A DNA stretch of 64,000 nt. Origin: an uncultured candidate division Zixibacteria bacterium. GTDB lineage: Bacteria; Zixibacteria; MSB-5A5; UBA10806. The notes under the pieces were generated by a model, which worked only from the letters and a program-made list of their open reading frames with translations, searched no databases and was not told the origin of the DNA. The stretch spans positions 320,001-384,000 of the forward strand of contig CAWFQL010000012.1 of the NCBI GenBank assembly GCA_963817915.1, read 5' to 3'. The translations under genes were made by a program, and so were the position numbers. Shown one piece after another: positions 22,656 to 33,136 of this stretch (the stretch's first letter is position 1; each line of letters begins with the position of its first letter).

Positions 22656-24024
22656 GTTCGGCTCCTTGCCAGAAATGAAATAAGGTCAATTTGTGTGAGT
22701 ATCCCGATAAGTTCATTGTTCTTTAATACAACCACGGCATTTTTAGTTTCGGTAAATATTTCGGCTAATTTCGAAATCGAATCATCGGGGCTGATTTGCG
22801 AATATTTCCTTTGAGTCACTTCGCCTACGGGATCATCAGGCCCCTCCGGATTTGGTCGCCAACGCTCTCAAGAGATCGAGCTCAGTTGACCATCCCGACT
22901 ATTTTATTATTGTCCATGACCGGTAACTGCGAGATATCATATTTTTTCATCAAGGATATCGCGTCTTTTATCGGACTGAGAGCCTTGATTGTCACAGGTT
23001 TGATACGCGCAGAATCCAAAAGCTCCGATACTTGTCCGGGTATGGATTCAAGCATTGTAAAACCATTGTCCGACATCCAGCCGTCATTATAAAATTTCGA
23101 GAGGTATCTTGTACCCGAATCCGGAAGAATCACAACTATCACGTCGCTTGGTTTCGCATTTTGGGCCACCTGTAACGCGCCGAACACTGCGCCGCCGGAT
23201 GACCCGCCGGCAAATAGGCCTTCTCTACGCGCCAAATTTCTGGCCGTGATAAAGCAATCCTTATCCGTAATCTGAATTATATCGTCAAGGACCGAAAAAT
23301 CCATCGCGCCCGTAATCATATCCTCGCCGATGCCCTCAACTTTATATACATGCGGCTCTATCATTTTTTTATATTTATAATAGTCATGGAAAACTGATCC
23401 GATTGGATCAACCGCAACAACCTTGATTCCCGGCACTTTCTCCTTGAGAAAACGACCCGCCCCGGATACGGTTCCGCCCGTGCCTATCCCGCCTACCAGG
23501 TAATTGATTTTGCCCTCAGTCTGCTTCAGGATTTCAGGGCCGGTTAATCGATAGTGGGCTTCAATATTCTCCGGATTATGATACTGATTTAGATAAAATG
23601 AATTGGGCGTCTCCCGAGCGATTCTCTTGGCGGTTTCGTAGTAGCTCAATGGTGAATCCGCCGGTACATTGGTCGGCGTGACTATTACCCGTGCGCCGAG
23701 GGCCTTTAGCAAATCAATTTTCTCGTTGGACATTTTATCGGGCATTGTGAAAATTGCTTTGTACCCCTTGACTGCCGCTACGATCGCCACGCCCATGCCG
23801 GTGTTGCCCGATGTATTCTCGACAATTGTCCCGCCCGGTTTTAGAAGCCCTTCTTTTTCAGCTTTTTCGATTATATACCAGGCCATGCGATCTTTGATTG
23901 ATCCACCCGGATTAAGAAACTCCGCTTTCGCTAAAATGGTTGGCCCATTTGCGGGCGACATTTTATTCAGTTTGACCAGCGGAGTCTCTCCGATAGCCTG
24001 CAAGATATTTTCAATATATTTCAT
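22652..24024 (-). pseudogene. Cystathionine beta-synthase with C-terminal CBS pair; C-terminus disrupted by two 1-nt insertions
   Basis: NPGGSIKDR, TSGNTG, GTGGT, EGIGED; removing bases near 22885 and 22842 restores ...LIGILTQIDLISFLARSRT* (457 codons) whose TGA overlaps the TTG of the lyase gene. Confidence 0.9.
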
Positions 24025-24181
24025 AAAAATGGCTCATTGTTCCTTGTTCGATTTAACTTACAATTATTACTGTTAGTTCCAGATCGAATACACTGCGACA
24101 ACTCTTAATTTATCGGCCAAAGTATGACCTGAATTGATAATGGTTTCTAATTAGGGCTTCTGTTCCAAAGTGCTGTTTATT

Positions 24182-25096
24182 TTAGTGTTTTTTGCCTTTG
24201 ATAAATGTGCCGTTATTGAATTCTTCAAATGCGATTCGCAATTCTTCCTGCGTATTCATGACTATAGGTCCATACCAGGCAACAGGTTCCTTGATTGGTT
24301 TTCCCGAAATCAGTAGAAGGCGAACTAAATCGTCCCGGGTAGAAATAACGATTTGCCCGCCATCATCAAATAAAATCAGGCTCTCATTTTCTATCAAAGG
24401 ATTTCTTTTGAAATCGAAATAATTGCTTCCTTCAATCTCGTAATCATACGGATTCTTTTCATTGCAGAATAACGCCTTTCCTTCAATAATATAGGCGAAA
24501 ACGGTATGTCCCTGAATAGTAGGATGGATATACTCCGAATTTCCTGGAATAGTGATATCGAGATATTCAGGCTCGATTACGATATCTCGTGCGGGCCCTT
24601 CTTTGCCCTGCAGTTTGCCGCAAATTATTTTAATAGTTACCCCGTTATCCAAAATCACTTCAGGGATCGTATCGCTTCGAATATCACGATAGCGAGGATC
24701 CATCATCTTGTGGGTCGATGGTAAATTAGCCCATAACTGGAATCCGCCCATTTGACCGTTTTTGTCACCCTTTGGCATTTCCTGATGAATAATTCCGCTG
24801 CCCGCAGTCATCCACTGGACATCTTCGGGACCGATTATTCCTTTATTCCCCATGCTGTCGCCATGCTCGACATTTCCGGTCAACATATAGGTTATGGTTT
24901 CTATCCCTCGGTGAGGATGCCAGGGAAATCCATTGATGTAGTATCGAGGGTCTCTGGAGCGAAAATCATCGAGAAGCAAAAACGGATCGAATAGTGGCAC
25001 TTCGCTGTATCCAAATGCCCTTTTAAGATAGACCCCAGCGCCTTCCACAGTCGGCTTGCTTTTAAATATCTTTTTAATTTTCCTGGTTTTGCCCAT
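24182..25096 (-). CDS. Pirin family protein
   Basis: DPFLLLD, GFPWHPHRGIET, WMTAGSGIIHQE, FQLWANLP, YGPIVMN; ATG 25096 has a GGAGG SD. Confidence 0.94.
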   Translation of the reverse strand: MGKTRKIKKIFKSKPTVEGAGVYLKRAFGYSEVPLFDPFLLLDDFRSRDPRYYINGFPWHPHRGIETITYMLTGNVEHGDSMGNKGIIGPEDVQWMTAGSGIIHQEMPKGDKNGQMGGFQLWANLPSTHKMMDPRYRDIRSDTIPEVILDNGVTIKIICGKLQGKEGPARDIVIEPEYLDITIPGNSEYIHPTIQGHTVFAYIIEGKALFCNEKNPYDYEIEGSNYFDFKRNPLIENESLILFDDGGQIVISTRDDLVRLLLISGKPIKEPVAWYGPIVMNTQEELRIAFEEFNNGTFIKGKKH

Positions 25097-25303
25097 AACG
25101 ACCTCCATTTGTCATTATAAACCTAATCGATACTCGAATTCGATAATAGCTATTTTTGCGCCGGGGTCAATGAAATTTATTGGGAATTTTCGCAATGAAA
25201 CATAGCAGGCAAATCTAAGGTTAATTAACGATGGCTAATTGATCCAAACCAGGTTTGGAATTATTTTGGTTTTTGTATCTGTTATTAAGGGAGGAAATGG
25301 AAA

Positions 25304-27013
25304 ATGATTAATTATACGAAATACTGGTTTTTGCTATTAGCGGCAGTGGCCATGACCTTTGACTCCAATGCTAATTCCACCGTGTTAACTTCTGCACTCG
25401 TTGCCTCCGGTTTGAACGAGCCAGTATATGTCGCTTCGCCGCCGGGAACCCCGGGGACTCTATTCATCCTCGAACAACACACCGGGCTTATCAAAATTTT
25501 GAGAAATGGCCAGATTTTATCGCGCCCATTTCTAAATATTCACGATAGGGTCATCAATACAGGATCGGAACAGGGACTACTCGGCCTGGCATTTCATCCG
25601 AACTACGTTTCTAACGGATATTTCTATGTCAATTATATCGATTATTCCGGCAATACTCATATTTCGCGCTTTCAAGTTTCGTCGGATCCCGATTCATCAT
25701 CGCCCGGCAGCGAATATAATCTGATGATTGTCTTGCAGCCGTACACTAACCATAATGGAGGCATGTTGGCCTTCGGGCCGAATGATGGTTATTTATATAT
25801 TGGTCTTGGCGACGGTGGCTCAGGCGGTGATCCCGGCAATCGTGCTCAAAATGATAGCCTGCTTCTCGGCAAAATGCTTCGAATCGATGTTAACAATGGT
25901 CAGCCTTACGGAATCCCACCGGGCAATCCATTTGCGGGTATCGCCGGGGCTCGTCCTGAAATCTGGGCCAAAGGCCTCCGTAACCCCTGGCGCTACAGCT
26001 TCGATTCTCTAAATGGCAATTTGTATATTGGCGATGTCGGCCAGGATCTTTGGGAAGAAATAGACTATCAACCTGCATCAAGTGCAGGCGGTGAGAATTA
26101 CGGATGGAGATTGATGGAGGGTTTTCATTGCTATAATCCCCCTACGAATTGCGATCCCGGAGGCTTGACTATGCCAATAGATGAATACGGCCATAATCTG
26201 GGATGCGCCATTGTGGGCGGCTATGTGTATCGGGGCGGGATAATTCAACAGCTCGATGGCACATACTTCTATGGCGATTATTGTTCTGCTCGAATTTGGT
26301 CATTCCGCTACAATGGAATATCGATAAGTGATTCAACGGAACGCACCGCTGAGCTCGCTCCCGGTAATGGCCATTCCATCAACGGCATTTCATCATTCGG
26401 GCTCGATGGATATAATGAACTATTCATAGTCGATTACACTGACGGCGAGATTTATAAAATCATTCCTCGAAATCCGGGCGCGATTCAGGGCAGAGTAATC
26501 GATTCCAATAGACAACCGCTTTCCAGCGTTATTGTAAATTTACGATTAACCGGTGTTGGGGATACCACCGACAATAATGGCAATTATTTCCTTGGCGGAT
26601 TGGGAGATGGCACATTTGCTGTAAGTTTTTCGCGGCAAGGACAACGAGACTCTACCATTATGGGAATCACTGTTATCGCGAACGATACGACGACTTTCAA
26701 TCTTACCATGGAAGGTGCACTCGGCATATCGGGCGAAAATATTCTGCCGGGAAACTTTGCGCTGCATCAGAATTATCCCAATCCCTTCAACGCAGAAACC
26801 AAAATTCAATATGAACTCCCGAAAGCCAGCGATGTGACAATCGAAATATATGACATACTCGGGCAAATTATTAAAACATTTCGAGAAGGCTCAAAAGAAG
26901 CGGGTCAACATGAGATTACCTGGGATGCTTCCAATATTCAATCGGGGATATATTTCTATAGAATAACAGCAGGCGATTATACCGAAACCAAGAAGATGGT
27001 TTTATTGAAATAG
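25304..27013 (+). CDS. PQQ-dependent sugar dehydrogenase (GSDH/Asd-like) with carboxypeptidase-regulatory-like and T9SS sorting domains
   Basis: EQGLLGLAFHP, NHNGGMLAFGP, GDGGSGGDP, GLRNPWR, NYGW; LHQNYPNPFN C-terminal domain. Confidence 0.92.
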   Translation: MINYTKYWFLLLAAVAMTFDSNANSTVLTSALVASGLNEPVYVASPPGTPGTLFILEQHTGLIKILRNGQILSRPFLNIHDRVINTGSEQGLLGLAFHPNYVSNGYFYVNYIDYSGNTHISRFQVSSDPDSSSPGSEYNLMIVLQPYTNHNGGMLAFGPNDGYLYIGLGDGGSGGDPGNRAQNDSLLLGKMLRIDVNNGQPYGIPPGNPFAGIAGARPEIWAKGLRNPWRYSFDSLNGNLYIGDVGQDLWEEIDYQPASSAGGENYGWRLMEGFHCYNPPTNCDPGGLTMPIDEYGHNLGCAIVGGYVYRGGIIQQLDGTYFYGDYCSARIWSFRYNGISISDSTERTAELAPGNGHSINGISSFGLDGYNELFIVDYTDGEIYKIIPRNPGAIQGRVIDSNRQPLSSVIVNLRLTGVGDTTDNNGNYFLGGLGDGTFAVSFSRQGQRDSTIMGITVIANDTTTFNLTMEGALGISGENILPGNFALHQNYPNPFNAETKIQYELPKASDVTIEIYDILGQIIKTFREGSKEAGQHEITWDASNIQSGIYFYRITAGDYTETKKMVLLK

Positions 27014-27036
27014 TTATTTTTTGAATTAGGAATATT

Positions 27037-28188
27037 TTAGCCGAGTGTCAGCGAAGAAGAGGTCTTTGATGCTTCTTCAAATTCGGCAACTAAGGTTGCC
27101 ATTAATTCTTTGACCGAGATTATTTCATCGATCCTGTAAGCATTGGCCCCCGCGAATGCAAATCCGTTCTTGAATATGCCTTTTTGGGCGCTCATGAGTG
27201 CATGCGCAATACAATAGGGCGTATTTTTGTAATCACAGGTAATTATGCAATGATATGGGCATTTATGGGGCTTTTTTATACCGGATGAAACATCATCTAT
27301 GTATTTGTTGCGTATGGCTCGACCCGGCATTCCTACAGGGCTATTGATGATCACTATATCTTCAATTTTGGAATCTACATATAATTTCTTGAATGAAATA
27401 TCGGCGTCGCATTCATGGGTAGCTACAAATCTCGTTCCCATTTGGACCCCATCGGCTCCCATATCCAAATATGTTTTGATATCTTTGCCTGTATAGATTC
27501 CGCCTGCCGCAATTACTTTGATTTTCTTGCCGTATCGTACAGAATATTGGCCCGCTTCTTCAATCACTGAAGGGATTAATTTTTCTAAGGAATATTGAGG
27601 ATCGAATATTTGCGCCTTGGAAAAGCCAAGATGTCCGCCAGCTTTTGGACCTTCGACCACGAATGCGTCAGGCAGATAATCATATTTATTAAGCCATTGC
27701 TTGCAGATCAATCCGGCGGCCCTTCCGGAAGATACGATTGGTACAAGCGAAGTATGTGAATCGCTTAGCAGATATTTCGGAAGATTTAATGGTAATCCGG
27801 CGCCGGAGAATATAATATCAATCTCTTCTTCAATTGCCGTGGCGGCCAAATCTCCATAATTGGAGAATGCTACCATTATATTAAGGCCGATAATCCCCGC
27901 AGTTAAAGCTCGCGCTTTGCGGATTTCACGACGGAGAGCACGGATGTTCGATTGAATATAATTGGTGTAAAAGTCGGGCTCATTCATGCCCACACCGGCG
28001 GCTGCAATAACACCGATACCGCCCTCGTTGGCGACCGCGGCGGCCAACCCTGAAAGCGAGATGCCAACCCCCATGCCACCCTGTATTATCGGGATGGAAG
28101 CGGTTTTATTGCCTATGCTTAATGATTTCAGCGCGGAAGACAACACGGGAAGCCCATACCCTTCCCGAATTGCGGTATTAAGAGGCAA
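27037..28188 (-). CDS. Nitronate monooxygenase/FabK-like flavin oxidoreductase
   Basis: PIIQGGMGVGIS, SGAGLP, EGPKAGGHLG, AAGGI, GVQMGTRF, SPVGMPGRAI; start uncertain. Confidence 0.9.
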   Translation of the reverse strand: MPLNTAIREGYGLPVLSSALKSLSIGNKTASIPIIQGGMGVGISLSGLAAAVANEGGIGVIAAAGVGMNEPDFYTNYIQSNIRALRREIRKARALTAGIIGLNIMVAFSNYGDLAATAIEEEIDIIFSGAGLPLNLPKYLLSDSHTSLVPIVSSGRAAGLICKQWLNKYDYLPDAFVVEGPKAGGHLGFSKAQIFDPQYSLEKLIPSVIEEAGQYSVRYGKKIKVIAAGGIYTGKDIKTYLDMGADGVQMGTRFVATHECDADISFKKLYVDSKIEDIVIINSPVGMPGRAIRNKYIDDVSSGIKKPHKCPYHCIITCDYKNTPYCIAHALMSAQKGIFKNGFAFAGANAYRIDEIISVKELMATLVAEFEEASKTSSSLTLG

Positions 28189-28554
28189 TGATTTTCGATA
28201 AGAAAAACCTTCAGATTACTTTCCTTTATTTCCAAATCGTAGGTAATCGATACCCCGATTGCCATATTATACGCATTTTTCAGGGACTTGGCAAGTACTA
28301 TCGGCCATAAAAAATCATAATAGACAAGGATAAAGAATAACCTCATATTTGCGATAAATGTTCCATAATTACGATAATAAAAATGACATTCAATTTCAAA
28401 ATAGTCTTGACATGGGCTAATGCGAATCTATTTTTCCTACTGGTCGGATGAATGAAGGGAGGTCCGATCATCGAAATTAAGGTATTGTTATTCGCGGGAG
28501 TCAAAGAGCTATTAAAGAAGCGAAATATGATTTCGCGCATCAAGGAGCAATGTC

Positions 28555-28956
28555 ATGACTAAGCAGCAAGTCTATGAAGAGATGAAGGAAATGCTGGGAT
28601 TGGTACCGACGTTTTTCAAATCCATCCCGGATTCATCGGTAGAACTCGAATGGAATTTAATGAAACAGGTGCAGATGGAAGAGGGGCCGATACCAAATAA
28701 ATATCGGGAATTAATCGGGGTAGCAGTGGCCTCTGTAATGAGATGTAAATACTGCGCGTTTTTCCATACTGAGATGGCGAAGCTTAACGGCGCAACAAAG
28801 GAAGAGATCGAGGACGCGGTTCATTTCGCAAAATCAAGCGCCGGCTGGAGCACCTACCTCAATGGGCTGCAATTTGATTACGACCAGTTCAAGCGCGAAA
28901 TACTTCAGGTCAGCGAATACGTTCGTTCAATGAATAAAGAAAAGGTCCACGCGTAA
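28555..28956 (+). CDS. Carboxymuconolactone decarboxylase/AhpD-like protein
   Basis: KYRELIGVAVA, CKYCAFFH, GATKEEI; SD AAGGAG. Confidence 0.9.
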   Translation: MTKQQVYEEMKEMLGLVPTFFKSIPDSSVELEWNLMKQVQMEEGPIPNKYRELIGVAVASVMRCKYCAFFHTEMAKLNGATKEEIEDAVHFAKSSAGWSTYLNGLQFDYDQFKREILQVSEYVRSMNKEKVHA

Positions 28957-28969
28957 ATAGAGGTGAATT

Positions 28970-29290
28970 GTGATCTTAGTCAGAGACATCTTTCAGCTCA
29001 AATTCGGGAAAGCCCGCGAGGCGTTAGCCTTGTGGAAAGAGGGATATCCGATTTTAAAAAAGAGCGGATATGTTCCCGATCGACTTTTAACAGACTTGAC
29101 CGGGCCGTACTATACGCTGGTCTTGGAAGGCAAATTCAAGAATCTCACGGACTACGAAAAAATGCAAAGCAGTGAAAGTCATTCTGATGAATGGCGTTCA
29201 TGGTATGCTAAATTCGTGCAGAATGTCGAATCCGGACGGCGGGAGATATTCAATATAGTTGACACAGGCAACGGCTCAGGTCCCAATTGA
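28970..29290 (+). CDS. Small dimeric alpha-beta barrel (NIPSNAP-like) protein
   Basis: MILVRDIFQLKFGKAREA...RLLTDLTGPYYTLVLE...GRREIF; SD GAGGTG. Confidence 0.7.
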   Translation: MILVRDIFQLKFGKAREALALWKEGYPILKKSGYVPDRLLTDLTGPYYTLVLEGKFKNLTDYEKMQSSESHSDEWRSWYAKFVQNVESGRREIFNIVDTGNGSGPN

Positions 29291-29302
29291 TAATCAAAAA
29301 AG

Positions 29303-29344
29303 CTTAAGCTTCATGGATAGTAATTTGCTATCCGTGAAGCTTTT
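29303..29344. terminator. Intrinsic terminator between convergent genes
   Basis: GCTTCATGGATAG-loop-CTATCCGTGAAGC stem followed by TTTT. Confidence 0.75.
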
Positions 29345-29375
29345 GCATTTCTAAAATGCTAAATTATCAATTATC

Positions 29376-30389
29376 CTAATATTTACGTAAAGCCATTATC
29401 GTGAGATCATCGGCAAGGGCGGTATCCGATGTGAAGGCGTAGATTTCCTTCATCAATTTCTCGATCGTTTCGCGTATTTGAGATTGGGAGCAATATTTTT
29501 TCAAAGTATCCAGCAACCTCTCTTCTCCAAACATAAGTTCTTCCCCGTTCTGGGCATCAGTCACGCCATCAGTAAAGAGATACAACGAATCGCCTTTAGA
29601 TAATTCCAATTGCATTTCGCTATATGCAAATCCTTCATGTACTCCAAGCACACCACCGGTCGGATCAAGCCTCTCAATTCGGTTATCATTTCTAATTAAA
29701 ATCGGCGGGCAATGACCCGCATTGACATAGGTAATTCTCGACGTGCCATCCGATTCAGGCTTCACTGCGATACAAACCATTGAAATAAATTTGGTTATCG
29801 GCAGATTATGGCAGAGCCAACGATTAAGCCGTGATATCAACTTCGAGGGGGAATCTATATCCTCTGCGAGGATGCGCAACGCCCCCTGAATATTTGACAT
29901 CATAAGCCCGGCAGGCAACCCTTTTCCCATTACATCAGCAACTATGACCTTGATCGTATCGCCATCACTACCCGGAAGAAAATCGTAATAGTCGCCCCCA
30001 ACTGTTCTTGCCGCTAATGATTTAACGCCGACTTCGAAGCCGTCGATTCTTTCGATAGCCTGCGGCAGGAGAGCTCTATGAATTTTGCCTGCCAGTGTCA
30101 ATTCCTCTTCGAGATTTGTGCGCTCCGCGGCGCTGATACATTCGAGGCATATTTGAGCAACCGGCTGAATTTCAAGCCTGTCAATTTCGACTGTGCCTTT
30201 GCACACTTCACATGTGCCATATGTGCCATTTTCGATGCGCTTTAAAGCGTCTTTAATCTCATCTACGAGCACTTGTACTTTATCTGCATCATTCGAATTT
30301 ACTCCGATTGGAGATTTCAATAAAGTCGCGACATTTGCCTCTCTCTGAAGCAATAGCTCTTTGAAATGTTCGAGATCGTTAATTGTCAT
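29376..30389 (-). CDS. SpoIIE/RsbU-type PP2C phosphatase with N-terminal DksA/TraR C4 zinc finger
   Basis: ALKRIENGTYGTCEVC...RLEIQPVAQICLEC; VGGDYYDF, ADVMGKG, NAGH, FTDGVTD, DDLT. Confidence 0.9.
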   Translation of the reverse strand: MTINDLEHFKELLLQREANVATLLKSPIGVNSNDADKVQVLVDEIKDALKRIENGTYGTCEVCKGTVEIDRLEIQPVAQICLECISAAERTNLEEELTLAGKIHRALLPQAIERIDGFEVGVKSLAARTVGGDYYDFLPGSDGDTIKVIVADVMGKGLPAGLMMSNIQGALRILAEDIDSPSKLISRLNRWLCHNLPITKFISMVCIAVKPESDGTSRITYVNAGHCPPILIRNDNRIERLDPTGGVLGVHEGFAYSEMQLELSKGDSLYLFTDGVTDAQNGEELMFGEERLLDTLKKYCSQSQIRETIEKLMKEIYAFTSDTALADDLTIMALRKY

Positions 30390-30503
30390 ATTGCATCCTT
30401 TCTCTGCCTCCTAAATATACGAAATATTTCAAAGAAGGTTGATATTCTTGTTATTTATCCAAACTATTTCTATTTAATAATTTTCATCTATCGTATCAAA
30501 AAT

Positions 30504-30531
30504 GGAACAAAGACTGCAAAATTTAAGTCTA
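30504..30531 (+). promoter_or_regulatory. Possible ECF-sigma promoter (GGAAC-N18-GTCTA)
   Basis: Upstream of msrBA; resembles RpoE/AlgU-type consensus. Confidence 0.4.
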
Positions 30532-30620
30532 TAATTAACTACTCTCGGGGCGTCCGATTGAAGTTTTTTTGAGTGATCTTGATGAGGGTAGCAAGCAGCT
30601 TTAAACAGGAAATGCAGAAC

Positions 30621-31472
30621 ATGAAATACAACAAACTAACGCCAAATGAGGAGTATGTGATAATCGGCAAGGGCACTGAGCCTCCTTTTAGCGGTAAATA
30701 TTATAATTTCGACGAATCCGGGACGTATGTCTGTCGCAGATGTAATACGCCGCTATTTCGATCAGCTGATAAATTTGATTCCGGTTGCGGATGGCCAAGT
30801 TTCGATGATGAAATTCCCGGAGCGATAATCAAATCGACTGATGCTGACGGATTTCGTACCGAAATTTCCTGCTCCGTCTGCGGAGCTCATCTGGGACATA
30901 TGTTCGAAGGGGAAGGTTTTACCGAGAAAGATATCAGGCATTGTGCAAATTCAATTTCGCTCGATTTTATCGCAAATGAAAAAGCAATAAAGACCGAAAA
31001 GTCTTATTTTGCGGGCGGCTGTTTTTGGGGAACGGAACATCTTCTAAAAAAGCTCGAAGGTGTCGTCTCTACACGAGTTGGATATATGGGCGGGCATAAG
31101 GAGAAGCCTACCTATCATCAGGTTTGCGATGGCAATACCGGCCACGCGGAAACTGTCGAAATTGAATTTGATACGGCCCAAACCGATTTCGAAAAAATAG
31201 CTCGGATGTTTTTTGAGATTCATGACCCTACTCAGATCGACCGTCAGGGTCCTGATATTGGCGAACAATATCGATCTGCTATTTTCTATACAAATGAGGA
31301 TCAAAAACAGGTGGCCGAAAAGCTCATTAGTTTTCTCAAAGAAAAAGGATATCGAGTAGTCACAGAAATTGTCAAAGCTGAGAAATTTTGGGAAGCGGAG
31401 GATTATCATCAGGATTACTATGGACTTAATGGCCATAAGCCTTATTGCCATTTTTATACAAAGCGATTTTAG
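30621..31472 (+). CDS. msrAB: Bifunctional methionine sulfoxide reductase MsrB-MsrA
   Basis: GTEPPFSG, CRRC, GCGWPSF, RHCANS (MsrB); FAGGCFWG, GHAETV, HDPTQ, AEDYHQDY (MsrA); start could be as early as 30573. Confidence 0.95.
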   Translation: MKYNKLTPNEEYVIIGKGTEPPFSGKYYNFDESGTYVCRRCNTPLFRSADKFDSGCGWPSFDDEIPGAIIKSTDADGFRTEISCSVCGAHLGHMFEGEGFTEKDIRHCANSISLDFIANEKAIKTEKSYFAGGCFWGTEHLLKKLEGVVSTRVGYMGGHKEKPTYHQVCDGNTGHAETVEIEFDTAQTDFEKIARMFFEIHDPTQIDRQGPDIGEQYRSAIFYTNEDQKQVAEKLISFLKEKGYRVVTEIVKAEKFWEAEDYHQDYYGLNGHKPYCHFYTKRF

Positions 31473-31496
31473 GAAATGGATAAATAGGAGAAAAAT

Positions 31497-32144
31497 ATGA
31501 AAATAGGAATAATCGGCTCTGGAATGGTGGCTCAACAGTTGGCTCTAGGATTTATGAAATCGGGCCATGAGGTCATGATGGGCTCTCGAAACCCCTCGAA
31601 ATTAGATAAGTGGACGCAAGAAGCGGGAGCAAAAGCCCAAGTAAGCAGCTTCGAGGATGCCGCTAAATTCGGCGAAATGATTGTTTTGGCTACCAAGTGG
31701 GACAAAAAAGCCACCGAGAATGCGATTGATCTTGCGGGCAAGAAAAATTTCGCGAATAAAATTGTTATCGATGTCACCAATCCGTTGACTTCCCCAGGCG
31801 ATGGTCAGCCACTTACACTTGCTGTGGGATTTCCTCAATCGGCGGGATTACTTATTCAGAAATGGCTGCCGGATTCCAAGGTAGTCAAAGCATTCAATAT
31901 TGTGACTGCCTATTATATGGCTAATCCTAATCTCAAAGAGGGAACCCCTGACATGTTTATTGCTGGTAATGATATATCGGCAAAGAAAATTGTCTTTGAT
32001 ATAGCATCAAATTGGGGCTGGGAAGTTCATGATATAGGTAATATCGAGCAGGCGTATATGCTTGAATCGCTGGCCATGCTCTGGATTACTTATGGCGCAT
32101 TAAATAACCATTGGAATCACGCATTCAAATTATTGAAAAAATGA
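31497..32144 (+). CDS. F420-dependent NADP oxidoreductase-like (Rossmann) protein
   Basis: IGIIGSGMV, GSRNP, IDVTNPL, VVKAFN, AGND motifs. Confidence 0.87.
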   Translation: MKIGIIGSGMVAQQLALGFMKSGHEVMMGSRNPSKLDKWTQEAGAKAQVSSFEDAAKFGEMIVLATKWDKKATENAIDLAGKKNFANKIVIDVTNPLTSPGDGQPLTLAVGFPQSAGLLIQKWLPDSKVVKAFNIVTAYYMANPNLKEGTPDMFIAGNDISAKKIVFDIASNWGWEVHDIGNIEQAYMLESLAMLWITYGALNNHWNHAFKLLKK

Positions 32145-32175
32145 CGCGGCGCACCTGCCCGATTTATCTCGATGA

Positions 32176-33132
32176 TTAAAACAGCGAAATTTTGACATAC
32201 TTTTTCGGGTTTTTCTTGATATCCAGGATTAACGCGTTAAGGGCATCCAAAGTGCTATTCATCTTTTGATATAAATCGGTATTGCTCATGACCTGTCCCA
32301 TAGTGCCTTCGCCTTTGTTGATTCGCGCCAGAGTGGAATTTAGTGATGTCAACAGGCTGTCGGCATGATCATATATTTCGTTGCTCTTTGCCAGCTTGCC
32401 AAGGCTTCCTTCACCTTTATTGACAGTCGCGAGAAATTCCGAAATTTCCTTCAATGAACTTGTAAGATTAGTATAAAGCTCCCCGTCGTTTACTAACATC
32501 GCCAGTGTGCCTTGACCCTTATTGATCTTATCCGTGATATTTGACCACATAATTAGTAGTGAATCGAGACTAATATATAGTCGCGGATCATTGATAATCT
32601 GTGCCAGGCTGCCGGTGCCATGATTGATCTTCCATGATATTTCTTTTGCGTTTTGCGCGGTTATTTTAACATCGGTCAGGACATCGCCGCTTTCGGAGAT
32701 AATCTCATTCAGCTGTGTAGTCTCGATAGCGCCGATGGTCTCGCCTTGAGTAACAGGTTCGGATGTCGGTGTTCCCAACGAGATATCAATAGTTCGGTCG
32801 CCCAAAAGCCCCTGACTGCCTAACCGCGCCTGGGAGTCTTTTTTGATTCTGAAAAAGGCCGACGATGATACCAGCATATCCACAACAATAACCCGTTCGT
32901 TGCCATCATGGGAAAAATCGATTCTCTCGACTGTACCGACCTTAACTCCGCCAAGGCGCACGGGCGCGCCAACTGTCAAACCTTCCACATTTCCGAATTT
33001 CGCCCTTAGATCATATCGTTTAACAAAAAGCCCCTCTTGCTTGCCGATTATAAAGAAAGCCCCGAATATTATCAAAAATCCAAGGGCAATCAGCCCCCCG
33101 ACTCTTATCTCTCTTGAAGCATCATTTTTCAT
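32176..33132 (-). CDS. mlaD: MlaD/MCE family protein
   Basis: N-terminal TM, GLTVGAPVRLGGVKVG, GLLGD, repeated GxGSLG/GTL helical units. Confidence 0.9.
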   Translation of the reverse strand: MKNDASREIRVGGLIALGFLIIFGAFFIIGKQEGLFVKRYDLRAKFGNVEGLTVGAPVRLGGVKVGTVERIDFSHDGNERVIVVDMLVSSSAFFRIKKDSQARLGSQGLLGDRTIDISLGTPTSEPVTQGETIGAIETTQLNEIISESGDVLTDVKITAQNAKEISWKINHGTGSLAQIINDPRLYISLDSLLIMWSNITDKINKGQGTLAMLVNDGELYTNLTSSLKEISEFLATVNKGEGSLGKLAKSNEIYDHADSLLTSLNSTLARINKGEGTMGQVMSNTDLYQKMNSTLDALNALILDIKKNPKKYVKISLF

Positions 33133-33136
33133 ATTG

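Noticed and set aside
22882..22884. In-frame TGA in the CBS gene as selenocysteine
   Set aside because: Homology continues only after a frame change, so it is an insertion rather than read-through
24025..24181. SAM or T-box riboswitch upstream of CBS
   Set aside because: No recognisable conserved core or terminator in this short intergenic region
28128..28543. Two short minus-strand ORFs between the NMO and AhpD-like genes
   Set aside because: AT-rich divergent promoter region with no coding signal
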